From assembly GCF_964355755.1 (NCBI RefSeq), contig NC_092678.1, positions 20,539,365-20,603,364 of the forward strand: 64,000 nucleotides of DNA. The letters are read 5' to 3'. The stretch is from Antedon mediterranea (lineage: Eukaryota; Animalia; Echinodermata). The translations under genes were made by a program, and so were the position numbers. Below, piece after piece: positions 41,741 to 55,206 of this stretch; position 1 is the stretch's first letter; the number at the start of each line of letters is the position of its first letter. The notes under the pieces are model-generated. The model was not told where the DNA came from, did not search any database, and saw only the letters and a list, made by a program, of their open reading frames with translations.

Positions 41741-44700
41741 TATTAGGTTATATGCATGATATGCATATAACCTCTTGATTCTGTCAAAATCTTTATTTAT
41801 TTATTTATTTATTTATTTATTAGGTTATATGCATGATATGCATATAACCTCTTGATTCTGTCAAAATCTTTATTTATTTATTTATTTATTAGGTTATATG
41901 CATGATATGCATATAACCTCTTGATTCTGTCAAAATCTTTATTTATTTATTTATTTATTAGGTTATATGCATGATATGCATATAACCTCTTGATTCTGTC
42001 AAAATCTTTATTTATTTATTTATTTATTTATTTATTCTTTCCTTAGCACTATTTTGTCCGTGCATTATCTTGGCATCAGTTTAATCTAGCTAAGTCAAGT
42101 TTTCAGAGTATATTCCTTATGGCCAGGAATCGATGTGGTTATATTTTCACGATGCGTAATCAAAAATTACGCGGTCTACGCGCGATTTTACGAAATCACG
42201 TTTGTAATCATATCTTCACAAGCATGAATCACAATTAAACAAAATTTGGTACTCATAAATTTCAGGTCATATTTCATCATATGGCAATACAATTACGTGC
42301 GTAGCGCATATAACGCTTGCGTACGCGCGCTTAAAATGTTCAAAATTGTCAAAATTTATTTTCGATGAAATTAGAGTACGTTTCAGGCAATTTTAAGCGT
42401 TTAAAAAATTGCCATGAGTGCGCAAATTTTTGCACGCGCACTGCGCGTTAAACGTTAATGCGCACTCTTTTTGCCCGATTTCTGTTTTACAATCTTTCTT
42501 TAATAATATCATCATATTTGATTCAGGTTTCAACTCGGAATTGCGTTATACGAGCACGTCAAAAGTGATTGGCTACGCACGTATAAGTTAACAAAATGGT
42601 GAAAATATGCTAAATTTTTAAATTAATATATATCGTCAGAATGCAGGGGAACACCTATTTTTTATTTCATTTTCTTGAAGTGTATGTATCATATGTATGA
42701 TTTATTATCAAATTAAGAGAACCAAAGTTGATTAAGTCATCATTAATTGCATATTAAATTTAAAAAAAATAATTTCGACAATCAAACAAATTATGACATT
42801 TTCTTAGGCCAAAATAACAAACTTAACATTAACTTTCTTCCTTCAAAAGTTCATATATTAAAGTTAAAAGTATGTAGTTTGACAGTGCATCATTTGTTTA
42901 CATTTTAAAGATGTCATCATAGTAAAAAATTATAATTCATTTCGGTATGTAATAATCTATTTGCATCAAAGTGGTTACTGCATAGTAAATACACGGAGGA
43001 ATCTTTCTACAAATTTTAGTCAGTTGTGTATGGCTCGGTGGTCTGTGCTCGTGTCTATGGCATTCAAGGTACCGAGATCGAGTCTCACCTTGGGAAACGA
43101 AATAAGATTTTTTTTTTATTATCCGTATTGTTTGTTCAAATTTATTTCTTAGTGTATAGATTATACACATGATTTATAATGAAATCTAGATAAAAATTAA
43201 CTTATGTCTTTATTATTATGTAACAACAAATGTGGTTTATGACATTATACGCATATGGATCTTTGATCGGATTGTGATACCGGCTATGGTGTTCGCGTTA
43301 GCAAGGTACTAGGTCCTATCATATATTATAAATAATTAAAGATTCTGAGAAAATCAATCAATCAATATATCTTTAAAAAATCAATTATCTTTATTTAAAT
43401 CAATGCATATAACCTATAATTCGTCATAGTGACGAATTAAATCTAGTTTATTTATTTATTCTTTCCTTAGCACTATTTGTCCGTGAATTATCTTGGCATC
43501 AGTTTCATCTATCTAAGTCAATTTTTCAGAGTATATTCCTTATGGCCAGGAATCGATGTGGTTATGTTTTCACGATGCGCAATCAAAAATTACGCGGTCT
43601 ACGCGCGATTTAACGAAATCACGTTTCTAATCATATCTTCACAAACATGAATCACTTTTAAACAAAATTTGGTACTCATAAATTTCAGGTCATATTTCAT
43701 CATATGGCAATACAATTACGTGCGTAGCGCATATAACGCATGCGTACGCGCGCTTAAAATGTTGAAAATTGTCAGAATTTATTTTCGATGAAATTAGAGT
43801 ACGTTTCAGGCAATTTTAAGCGTTTAAAAAATTGCCATGAGTGCGCAGATTTTTGCACGCGCACTGCGCGTCAAACGTTAATGCGCACTGTTTGTGTCCG
43901 ATTACTGTTGTATAACCTTTCTTTAATAATATCATCATATTTTATTCACTTTTCAACGCGAAACAGCGTTATACGAGCACGTCAAAAGTGACGGGCTACG
44001 CACGTGTAAGTTAACAAAATGGTGAAAATATGCTAAATTTTAAAATTAATATATATCGTTAGAATGCTCGGGAACACCTATTTTTTATTTAATTTTCTTG
44101 AAGTGTATGTATCATATGTATGATTTATTATGAAATTAGAAGAACAAAAGTTGATTAAGTCATCATTAATGGCATATTAAATTTAACAAAATTAATTTCG
44201 ACAATCAAACAAATTATAACATTTTCTTAGGCCAAAATAACAAACTTAACGTTAACTTTCTTCCTTAAGAAGTTCATATATTAAAGTTAAAAGTATATAG
44301 TTTGACAGTGCATCATTTTTTTAAATTTTTAAAGATGTCATCATAGTAAAACATTATAATTCATTGCGGTATGTAATAATCTATCTGCACCAAAGTGGTT
44401 ACTGCATAGTAAATACACGGAGGAATTTTTCTCCAACTTTTAGTCAGTTGTGTATGGCTCGATGGTCTGTGCTCGTGTCAATGGCATTTAAGGTACCGAG
44501 TTCGAGTCTCACCTTGGGAAACGAAATAAGATTTTTTTTTTATTATCCGTATTGTTCAAATTTATTTCTTAGTGTATAGATTATACACATGATTTATAAT
44601 GAAATCTAGATAAAAAGTTACTTTATGTCTTTATTATTATGTAACAACAAATGCGGTTTATGACATTATACGCAGAGGGATCTTTGATCGGATTATGATA

Positions 44701-46277
44701 CCGGCTATTGTATTCGCGTTAGCAAGGTCCTATCATATATTATAAATAATTAAAGAATCTGAGAAAATCAATGAATCAAAATATCTTTTAAAAATCAATT
44801 ATCTTTATTTTAATTATCAATGCATATAACCTATAATTCGTCATAGTGACGAATTAAATCTAGTTTATTTATTCTTTCCTTAGCACTGTTTTGTCCGTGA
44901 ATTATCTTGGCATCAGTTTCATCTAGCTAAGTCAAGTTTTCAGAGTATATTCCTTATGGCCAGGAATCGATGTGGTTATATTTTCACGATGCGTAATAAA
45001 AAATTACGCGGTCTACGCGCGATTTTACGAAATCACGTATGTAATCATATCTTCACAAGCATGAATCACAATTAAACAAAATTTGGTACTCATAAATTTC
45101 AGGTCATATTTCATCATATGGCAATACAATTACGTGCGTAGCGCATATAACGCTTGCGTACGCGCGCTTAAAATGTTCAAAATTGTCAAAATTTATTTTC
45201 GATGAAATTAGAGTACGTTTCAGGCAATTTTAAGCGTTTAAAAAATTGCCATGAGTGCGCAGATTTTTGCACGCGCACTGCGCGTTAAACGTTAATGCGC
45301 ACTCTTTTTGCCCGATTTCTGTTTTACAATCATTCTTTAATAATATCATCATATTTGATTCAGGTTTCAACTCGAAATTGCGTTATACGAGCACGTTAAA
45401 AGTGACTGGCTACGCACGTATAAGTTAACAAAATGGTGAAAATATGCTACATTTTAAAATTAATATATATCGTCAGAATGCAGGGGAACACCTATTTTTT
45501 ATTTCATTTTCTTGAAGTGTATGTATCATATGTATGATTTATTATCAAATTAAGAGAACAAAAGTTGATTAAGTCATCATTAATTGCATATTAAATTTAA
45601 AAAAAATAATTTCGACAATCAAACAAATTATGACATTTTCTTAGGCCAAAATAACAAACTTAACATTAACTTTCTTCCTTCAAAAATTCATATATTAAAG
45701 TTAAAAGTATGTAGTTTGACAGTGCATCATTTGTATACATTTTAAAGATGTCATCATAGTATAAAATTATAATTCATTTCGGTATGTAATAATCTATTTG
45801 CATCAAAGTGGTTACTGCATAGTAAATACACGGAGGAATTTTTCTACAACTTTTAGTCAGTTGTGTACGGCTCGATGGACTGTGCTCTTGTCTATGGCAT
45901 TCAAGGTACCGAGATCGAGTCTCACCTTGGGAAACGAAATAAGATTTTTTTTTTATTATCCGTATTGTTTGTTCAAATTTATTTCTTAGTGTATAGATTA
46001 TACACATGATTTATAATGAAATCTAGATAAAAATTAACTTATGTCTTTATTATTATGTAACAACAAATTTGGTTTATGACATTATACGCATATGGATCTT
46101 TGATCGGATTGTGATACCGGCTATGGTGTTCGCGTTAGCAAGGTCCTATCATATATTATAAATAATTAAAGATTCTGAGAAAATCAATCAATCAATATAT
46201 CTTTAAAAAATCAATTATATTTATTTAAATCAATGCATATAACCTATAATTCGTCATAGTGACGAATTAAATCTAGT
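41741..46277 (+). mobile_element. Array of a ~1.5-kb non-autonomous Helentron/DINE-1-like (HINE) element: four 5' heads followed by three bodies
   Basis: Head: palindrome AGGTTATATGCAT-gat-ATGCATATAACCT plus (TTTA)n, four times (41741-42035). Three ~1.4-kb bodies end at 43447, 44864 and 46277, each with subterminal ATGCATATAACCT, hairpin TAATTCGTCA-tag-TGACGAATTA and AATCTAGT. T-rich flanks, no TSD. Confidence 0.8.
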
Positions 46278-47394
46278 TTAAACTTTGTTTTTTCTTGTTT
46301 ATGTTTTTAAGAACTTACTGATGAAATAAGATATAGAAATGCATGCATATTTGCATATTTACATTTTAAAAAAAGGTATTTGTAACGTGTAAATGCAATC
46401 CATACAAAACGATTGGAAAACAGTGGAAAACATTACGGCCAAATAATCACCCTATAGCCGTCGACTCAAATTGAGAATAACCAAAAGAAGAGAAAATAAA
46501 GATTATATATATAGACATTTGATATATAAATTAATGGCACTAGAGGGTGAGCTCGCTTCGCTCGCTCCCCCTCTAGGATGTGTAGACGATGGTTCTCGGA
46601 ATGATAATGTTCTCCTTATACGTTTTCTGTCGGTTACCATTATTGAAAATGCTTGACATTCGTAAAACTAAACTACTTTGTTTCACAGTGTTTTAGATGA
46701 TTAATAACATTTTAAAGTATAGTTTTTATTGTTTGGTAGGGCCCTTTGGGGAGGCGGGGGTCATTTGAGGGAGGTGCTTATTCGAGGGATATATGTTAAA
46801 TTTTTTAGTTTTAATAATATGGTAACATTTATAATCAAATGAAATCCTCTAATAGATATGAAAAGTGCTAAAAAAGAATAACAAATGCTTGGTAAATTGT
46901 AGATAACAGTGCGGTGAATTCTACTACAAATAGTATAATTTTGTTATTATAAATATGTGAATGGACGTTTATTAGATAGTTGGGTTGGGGGGGGGGGGTT
47001 TATTATTCAAAGTGATGTTTTATTGGAGAGGCGTTTATTCAAATGAATACCATCCTAATAATTATTAATACATTATTTAATTTAATCATCTTTTGAAACT
47101 GCCGTAACAGAGTGGGCCCAAGAAAGAAGACATTACGGCTTGCAACATGGGCAGACATCTCGGTCCTAACGGGACACAGGAAGATAGCCTACAGTTATTC
47201 CTGCAAGCTTACTCAATAAAACTCAGCTATCGGGATTTCACTCGAAAAATGTCTTATCATCAAATCTCCCTATGTAATTTTATAATACTATTCCCCACAA
47301 TATATTCTGATTCTTTATGACGTATATTTAATTTGATCTTTATTAATTTGCAGTATAATTTAACTACTGTACCTTCACACACGCGTGGTGTGTT

Positions 47395-47844
47395 TTAAAA
47401 TAAACAAAAAACTGAAATGGCTATGACTAATGGCCAACCACTCCTACTATCTGATTTTTTTTTCGTCTTCCAAAGGGACACTTTATTGATTGATGGAAAG
47501 TGCCTGTTTCCAGTCACCTTTAGGGTCAAATCTATTATTTTAACTGCTCCCTTGTGTTTAAAAGAGAGAAAATATTTGAAACTAAGGTTGTTGCAAGGTG
47601 AACTTATCTTAAACCCGGAAATTACTTTGACCGGGAAGAATTGAAATTGAGAGGAAAATCTAATGTTGAAATCATAAATGTTGTTAAAAAACTCTTTATA
47701 ATATCTTCCTAAGATATAAATATGGAACAATAGCGTCGGCGTGAACACTAATGTTATCAAATCTACGTTTCGCGGTACATCTCGGATAGATAAGGTAGGT
47801 ATCCAAGGCGGAGATTTGTACCGAAGTTTTTGCATTGTGCTCGC
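47395..47844 (-). CDS. Candidate alternative terminal exon (or 327-nt cassette exon ending 47518) with hydrophobic C-terminal tail
   Basis: TAG acceptor closes an 84-nt intron after exon 6 and is in frame (phase 0). 149 stop-free codons end SDSRSGWPLVIAISVFCLF*. AATAAA on the minus strand at 47344-47339. Internal AAG|GTGACT donor at 47517. Confidence 0.55.
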   Translation of the reverse strand, partial: ASTMQKLRYKSPPWIPTLSIRDVPRNVDLITLVFTPTLLFHIYILGRYYKEFFNNIYDFNIRFSSQFQFFPVKVISGFKISSPCNNLSFKYFLSFKHKGAVKIIDLTLKVTGNRHFPSINKVSLWKTKKKSDSRSGWPLVIAISVFCLF

Positions 47845-47928
47845 CTATGTCAGAATTAACCATAATTTATATAAAGATGGTCAGTAACACTGTATATACA
47901 ATGTGTGTGTTCCTTTTTAGTTAATTAC

Positions 47929-48077
47929 CTCCATATTCTCAGCTTTAAGGGTGACATTAAAGCCTGTTCCTAATGTCAACCCAGTAGTGTTCACCAAGAG
48001 GTCCGTCTTTACTTCATCTCCAATTCCGTAGTAGGTTGTCGAATCTGCTACGGTTGCGCTCGCATCCATGATGGGAA
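47929..48077 (-). CDS. Exon 6: start of beta-rich Ig/DUF11-like region
   Basis: TTTCAG acceptor. IPIMDASATVADSTTYYGIGDEVKTDLLVNTTG...KAENME; GAG|GTAAT donor; phase 1-0. Confidence 0.85.
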
Positions 48078-49217
48078 CTGAAAGTACATTGCCGGTATTA
48101 ATAAACAATTAGATAATAACAATAAAAATAAGAATTAATTATACAAATAAATTATGCTTTATATTCGTTGAAAAATTGACTGCACTATTTAATGAAGCTT
48201 AATTGACCAATAAAATTGCAACAATACAATCAGGTGTGTTATTAATATATCTATATGAGTGTCTGCTATCAGATTATTTAAATTATTTGTAATCAATTAC
48301 ATTTTATAGCGTTTTTTAATAGTTAAATGACTCATCTAAAGGATATTGATTAATTTTGTTTGCACAATAATTATTTCGTTGTGTCCAACCTAATAGCTTG
48401 TTGGCAACACTATGTAATTACAGTTGTTTGAATCTGAATCATAATGTTTTAATTATTATTTAGTATTAACTTAATGCTTGGTTCCCATTAGAAAAATACA
48501 TCCTCGCGTTGTCTTTCATTTTTTGGCAGAATCCATTACTACAGAACGGGACAGATCCTGTAAATTTATTCACAATCGCCTCTATTTTGGGTTTATTATT
48601 GAAGCAAAACAAAACAATCTGAGCACAATGCATGCCGGTATTTAATGCTAGCCGCTTAAATTATTATAATCTACTTCTTTTTCAGGTTTTTACCGGTTTA
48701 AAGACAACAAAAATGATCGCAATATAGGCCGATTTAGGGTTCATTTTTACCCCAAAAAAATGTAGTCTGTGATTTTAAAATACACAATATTTAGAGAATG
48801 CGTCTTTTATCAAAATTTACTCGATGGAACTCTTGTTCGCCAACAACACTAAGGTTAATAGATCTTATTTCTATAAATTTAATATGTTTCTCTCCAATCC
48901 TCCACTATGCTTTTGAATCACAACACGAAAATATTTCGTCGATTTAAAATTATTTCGGGAACTGAGAGAACAACGCGTCCAATTTCATCTTACATTTATT
49001 GTTTTGTTCTAAAGAGTCATTTTACTAGCACATTTGACTTAATTGTGAGTGTAGGTACTTATAATTCAAAATGAGCTTTGTTGACCACAAACATACTTAA
49101 CTAGGCCTAAACTGAAATAGAAATATAAAAGCAACGCTAATGGAACGTGTGCTATTTGCATCTTTAACTACAATTTGAGTTAGCAATTTCATTTGAATAT
49201 TAAAATAGAATATTTAC

Positions 49218-49463
49218 TTTTTAAAATATATAATCCTCTTGGTTTGTGAAGTTGACTATCGATACTTTCCTTTGATGATACTCCAGTCGTTCTATCACCT
49301 CGATATATACCCCCGTACCCGCCTGTCCAGTAAAGATAGTTTCCATAAATGTCAATTTTATACGGGCGATTCAGCCCAGTTATAATCGTTCTTCTGTTAG
49401 TTCCGTCCAGGTTAGCTTCCGCAATTAACTGATTCCACCAATCACTCCAATACATCTTTCCAT
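49218..49463 (-). CDS. Exon 5: last two YWTD-type repeats
   Basis: DGKMYWSDWWNQLIAEANLDGTNRR...GNYLYWTG...HKPRGLYILK; AAG acceptor, A|GTAAA donor; phase 1-1. Confidence 0.88.
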
Positions 49464-51821
49464 CTTGAGAATAGTGAAAACCAAAAATGAGAGAGAGACG
49501 TTAACGATTGAATACTGTATTTCAAGCACGATACCTTTTAGTAAGCGCGCAAAATGGAGTATCATGCATTTAGTTCAAAAAAGTTCTCAAGAAAATTAAT
49601 CACAATGGACAACGGGAAAAAATGGTATAAATCATTGAGACAGAAGAGAGTGTACTCAAATGTAAGCATATCTTTAATTATGGGATCTGAGCAACATACT
49701 TTATGCCTAACGAGTAAAAATATTATTATGCGCATGCTCATGTGTTTCTGAGCGTGCGCAGAATTTTCTTTTTACTAGAATGAAAGACGCTTGGCGCGTC
49801 GTGTGAACGCAAAGTCGCTAATGTCAGGAAGTAAATTAAGACGCCGGCTCTACTACATGCAGTACATTGAATGTCAAAGTACATTTGACATGAATTAGTA
49901 ATATCATGCACGAGCATTACAACCATTGACAATGTTAGGTTCCTCAATTTCGTCACTACATGCATCATACTACATCTTTGAACACAGTAAGGAGAAGAGC
50001 TTGAATTCAATTCAATCAAAACTTTGATAATAGAGTTTGATCATAATTTGTGCTTATCCTTATTATCTATAAGTTTCAGGGGCGGTCGCAGAACTATTTT
50101 AAGGGGGTTGTCCACAAGTCCAGGACCGTCAACAACGAGTTTTTGCGCCACAGGCCCTCAGACCGCCCATGAAAATATAATAATATAATAAGGATAAGCA
50201 CACATATCAAACTCTACCTTAGATGGCCGGAAATGGTACTCTCGCACGTAAAATTCACGATAAATGGCACCTATAGTTCGCCGGTAATGAAACTCTATAT
50301 CGGACTCCAAAGAGCAATACCACCATCATAGTCCGCCTTTTTTCCGCCAGTAAAACACGCGCGACATTTTTAACGTCAAAGGAAGTCCCCGACGAAGGTA
50401 CTTCCGGTAAGCTAATACATTCTGGCAATTATTATCAATATATACAAATTTATTATTACTATTATCAAAGAACTTATAACACAAGAATCTCCTGTTCGTC
50501 CGAAGCGCGTAACAATTTCGAAAGGCATTGTGGGATAGAATAGAGCTATGGGTGGCGCCATTGCGAGCCATGGAGTAGGGCGCCCGCATCAAATTAGAAA
50601 GTCAAAATCATAGAGGGGATCTGCTAATACTCTAGGGGGGTAGAGTAATTGACTTCCTAGTTTGGAGGGGGCGCTGCTCCATGCTGTGAAATGGCGTCGC
50701 CCAGTTTGACCTGTTAACCCTGTACTTCCGATACTGTGTTTTGAATGCAAATTGAAGAACAGGAGATTCTTGTGTTATATTTACTATTATCAATTAATAA
50801 TTAAAAAAAGTTTGACAAAAAATATGAAGCTACTGCTATAAATATATTGAGCAAAACGTTTACTTGTATTATTTTGATCAATAAGTTAGTAGACCACAAT
50901 TTACAAAATTCATGTTCATTTATCCACTAAAAACTGTACAACAGTGTTGCTTCAGAAAAGAAAATATGATCAAAATTTTCAAAAAGAAGCAATTAAACAC
51001 TGTTATTTCAAAGTTTGGAACGTCCGTAATTACTACGGAAATTTGGCCCAATATTACGGACATAAAATGAAGATAGATAGTAGTAATAATACGGAAATAC
51101 TTAAATGATGGGAATCTCCGCCAAAATGCAATAATTATGGACAAATCAACGACCCATATGACGGGGTTTTCCACGAACACGTTGTGTAGTGGTCTTTCGT
51201 ACCTTCTCATGATGCACACAAGCAATCCAAACAGTCAGAAATTCATTCTGAGCATGTTCAGAAATATATCAACACAAAAATATATCCGGCGATAAATTGT
51301 GCGCGGTATTGTAATTTTGGTTAATTTTACGCTGCAGTCTCTCAATTTACATATAGGCTCTTCCGAAACCGGACTTCTATAACGTTAATGGTTATTATAT
51401 ATGATAAAATGGGAACTAAATTTTAATTTAGTGTAAGAAAAATACATTTAGCATGAACTTAAGGGTATTTCCTGGACAACTGGGGCAACCCCATGCGTCC
51501 GCCCATGCAAATTTAACAAGTAAAATTATGTTAAAATGTACTTAGAAGGGATTAGTTGGTACCAATAGCTTCACTTATAAAGAATTATTGTGTAATATCC
51601 ATAACACTTATCAACCACCGCCATGCCTAATAGGTACGTGGATGACAATTTTTTCTGGAATTTTGCTGTTTTTATACCTGTATTTTATAGTATTTTTATA
51701 TATCTAAATATTTATATAGTTTTATGTAATTTTTTTTACACACTACATACTGTCTATTTTTATATAACTTATTTAACGTATTCTAAAATATGTTTATGCT
51801 GTTTGTTACCTTGAGGAAAAA

Positions 51822-51923
51822 TTTTGCGTGCAACGCGACTCTATATCTCACTATGTCGGTTGGTTGGTCGGTCGGTAAACAATAACTTGAGCACGCGACT
51901 GCAGCCATGTATATGGCCTTGTT
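51822..51923 (+). mobile_element. Mini HINE/DINE-like element (copy 1, 5' end eroded)
   Basis: Subterminal IR GTCGCGTG/CACGCGAC, (GGTC/GGTT)n microsatellite, 3' hairpin GCCAT..ATGGC, ends CTTGTT. Confidence 0.65.
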
Positions 51924-52249
51924 TTACAATAAAGTTATCTTGTATCTTGTATGAGAATAGACATAGCATAAATATCAGCCACGATACTTAAAGCATAATA
52001 TTTTTTTTTTCAATACGGTTTGCAGGCTCAGAAGTTGGTACAAATTCATTTTCTAGGTCTGACTATAGTCTACACAGTGACTCATGTTGCAGATATAAAT
52101 AAGCAACGTGGCCCGAAATGACCATGTTGTTTATAAGCGACTTTATGTACAGGCATCAATAATCAGCATTAGAAATGGATAATGTATATATTACATACGG
52201 TAATACTATTATATAACTTATATGCATTCATGGTCATACAGTAACTTAC

Positions 52250-52374
52250 CGGGAACTGCTAAAACAAGTCCGGTTGCGTCTTGTACACTTGTTACTAAGA
52301 CAGTCCTTGTACTCAAGTCATTTAACTTCGCTCGCTCTATCCTATCTTTTTCTGTATCAGTCCAATACAGGTAT
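52250..52374 (-). CDS. Exon 4: YWTD repeat
   Basis: YLYWTDTEKDRIERAKLNDLSTRTVLVTSVQDATGLVLAVP; TAG acceptor, G|GTAAG donor; phase 2-1. Confidence 0.92.
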
Positions 52375-52449
52375 CTATAATATAAGTATAATCTATGTTA
52401 CTACATTAACGTTCTGTTACAAGTAGTTCACATCACTTCCACGTATAAA

Positions 52450-52564
52450 AACAAGGCCATATACATGGCTGCAGTCGCGTGCTCAAGTTAGTGTTTACCG
52501 ACCAACCGACCGACCAACCGACCGACATAGTGAGCTGTAGAGTCACGTTGCATGCGACTAAAAA
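52450..52564 (-). mobile_element. Mini HINE/DINE-like element (copy 2, inverted)
   Basis: Reverse complement of 51822-51923. Confidence 0.68.
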
Positions 52565-53359
52565 TATTTTGAAACTTACGAAATTACTGATGCAGATAAG
52601 TTATTAATGATTTACGAATATGTGAAAAGAAATGTTAATAAATCTTTATTACTTCCTCTATTAAGTGGTATTAATGCATTATTATTATTGTTATTATTAT
52701 TATTATTACGTTTTTGCTTACTAATCAAAAAGTAAGAATCAAAAGAGTGGAAATGTGAAGTTCATAGTTGATCTCCCTCCAACGTGAAAAAAAAGCTTTA
52801 CTGTGTATAGAAGGTGACCCGTTAGATATATTAAACGTAACTAAAAAGAATTGTTGATCTGTACGTTCCATCCAGATTTATTACTTTAATACGGCCAGTC
52901 CATTACTAATTTAGATTATGATACAGTACAAGTGGTTCAATACAGTGTTATATCTGTATCACATGTGACACCTGTATAAGCCTATCCTAACTTTTACCAT
53001 AACATAATACCGACGCTATGTGAAACATGTGACAATGTATTTACAAAATTGGCCTATACTGGACTGATTGTACAATACGGTGCAGATAATCGGGTGTGAA
53101 TGAAAAGTATAGAAACTTACAAAACTGCTTAAATTAATGTTATTAATGAAATTCAATTCATTGAATGTTTTAAACGTAAATGCAAACATTCTTTTTTTAA
53201 ACATTCTTATTATTAAATTTTAACGAATTTAAATGTGTGGTTTAGATGCATTAATAATAATATACAGAATACAAGTTCACCCGAGATGTGATCACACAGT
53301 TTATCTCTTTTGGATGAGTGAAAAAAAAGATAGATGTACGTTAAGAGAGAATAACATAC

Positions 53360-53522
53360 CCGTTAGCTGTATCTATCTCGATTGCAAATGGACGGGCTAA
53401 TCCTGTCTCAAACAGAATTGTTCTGTTTGTTCCATCCAGATTGATTACTTCAATTCGGTCATTGTTAATATCTGTCCAATAAAGTTTTTTTCCAGCTCCA
53501 TCAACGGCTAAACCACGAACAT
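53360..53522 (-). CDS. Exon 3: LDL-receptor class B (YWTD) repeat
   Basis: DVRGLAVDGAGKKLYWTDINNDRIEVINLDGTNRTILFETGLARPFAIEIDTANG; donor GG|GTATG; phase 1-2. Not in the ORF track. Confidence 0.92.
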
Positions 53523-55206
53523 CTTAAATAATGATTACAATTAACCAATTACTGCAATCTCAATCTATGAAATTGACTTTATAGACTAAAAATAAAATGA
53601 TGTATTATATTACAGTAAACTTTCGCACGGGACGTAAACATTTACTTTAACGGATGACGTCAACATTGTACTCATAACAGTGTAGTTCATAATTCAGCGA
53701 ACGTACTTGTTTGTAAATTTGATTTGAACGCAACGCATGTGTCGCACACGCAACATACGCCGCTCGTGTTAAAACAATTGCTAGGCATTTTTTGCATAAT
53801 TATTACTTGACTTAATTAAAAATATAACTTTAAATTTACCATTTTGTTTTCTTAATTATTCTGCAGAGATGTAATGATCTTCCATGTTTCGATACCCTTT
53901 GGTTAACGTTTTTCACGTCGTTATTTTTTAGGTTCTCGACTCAACTAATTATATATTTTTTTTTTTTTGGAATGCTTGCTCACGTAGAAAGAAAAAATGT
54001 AGGCCTATGTTATAGGCCTATATAAAATTTAAGGCGTATCTTTAAAAAGCAACGCAGTGTAATAATTGAACCGTACGATAATTTCTTTTATGAAAAGTTG
54101 ATACATTTTATGATGGGAACATTATATAAGTTATGAGTTCGGAGGCTAACAAAGATTCAATTTCTTTTATAACTATTGTAGTTCAACATCGTCAAGGCCG
54201 GCACTATTTTAGATTATACATTTCAAGAATCTCTTTTGCAGATTTAGGTACAAACACGTTTTAATGGGATTCCTTAGATAGTGAGTGACATTACCAGAGA
54301 TAGCTTGGGTTTTACAAGAACATTGATCCTATTGCAGTAAAGTATTAATTAGATTTCGTGGCAATTTATTTACAAAATAATTAGATAATGTCTTTATTTT
54401 TACAGAGCATGATATATTGATTGTTTTACATGTTGTTATTAATAGTTTGTAAAATTCTGTTTATGATATTCATAATAATCCTGTATGTTTATTTCTGTAG
54501 GTTTTATTATTAATTATGTTTGGTGTTTTGATTTCTATTGTTTATTTGTTCTATTATACCCTTTATTATTCCAGGTTTTATAGTTCTTCTATGCAGAGGA
54601 AATGACAAAAGAAAGATTTTTGTTTGCGAAAGCGGAACATAAAAAATTGGCCTTATACAAATTATAAAATATGCTGTAAAATGGTTTAATTTCTGCTACG
54701 CATTTGGACTAGGCGCTATCTTACCTAACCTATACATATCTTATCAACGCTTACTAAAATCTTTCGATTCAGAAATCCTAAATCCGATCCCGTTATCTAC
54801 AATTTCTGGAAAAATCAGACGGATTTATAAATTGTAAATCTATAATTGCTTAATACTACTTATAACATCACCTATGCAAAAAGAGGTAAAACGGAAATTT
54901 CTTAACGACATTATTTTACTTTAGTATCTTCAAACGTGTAATTTATGATAATTAAACAACAATGTTTAGTTAAACAACGTTTGATTCAACCTTGAAATAA
55001 CTCTGAAGAGTTTTTCTATTTGGGCTATGTAAATCTAACGAAATTATAAACTTGCTTCCACATAATTAGGCATATTCTTCAAAAATAAATAAACATTAAC
55101 AAAAAAGAATACATTTCTCTTGCATACAATTTGATTTAAAAGTATCAAAAATATCATAATGCTTATTTTTCCTAATAACATTATATAAAAATTAATAGAA
55201 TATTAC

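Noticed and set aside
42937-46007. Repeated 63-77 aa ORFs in the 1.4-kb units
   Set aside because: They lie inside the non-autonomous element, show no Rep/helicase motifs, and indels differ between copies.
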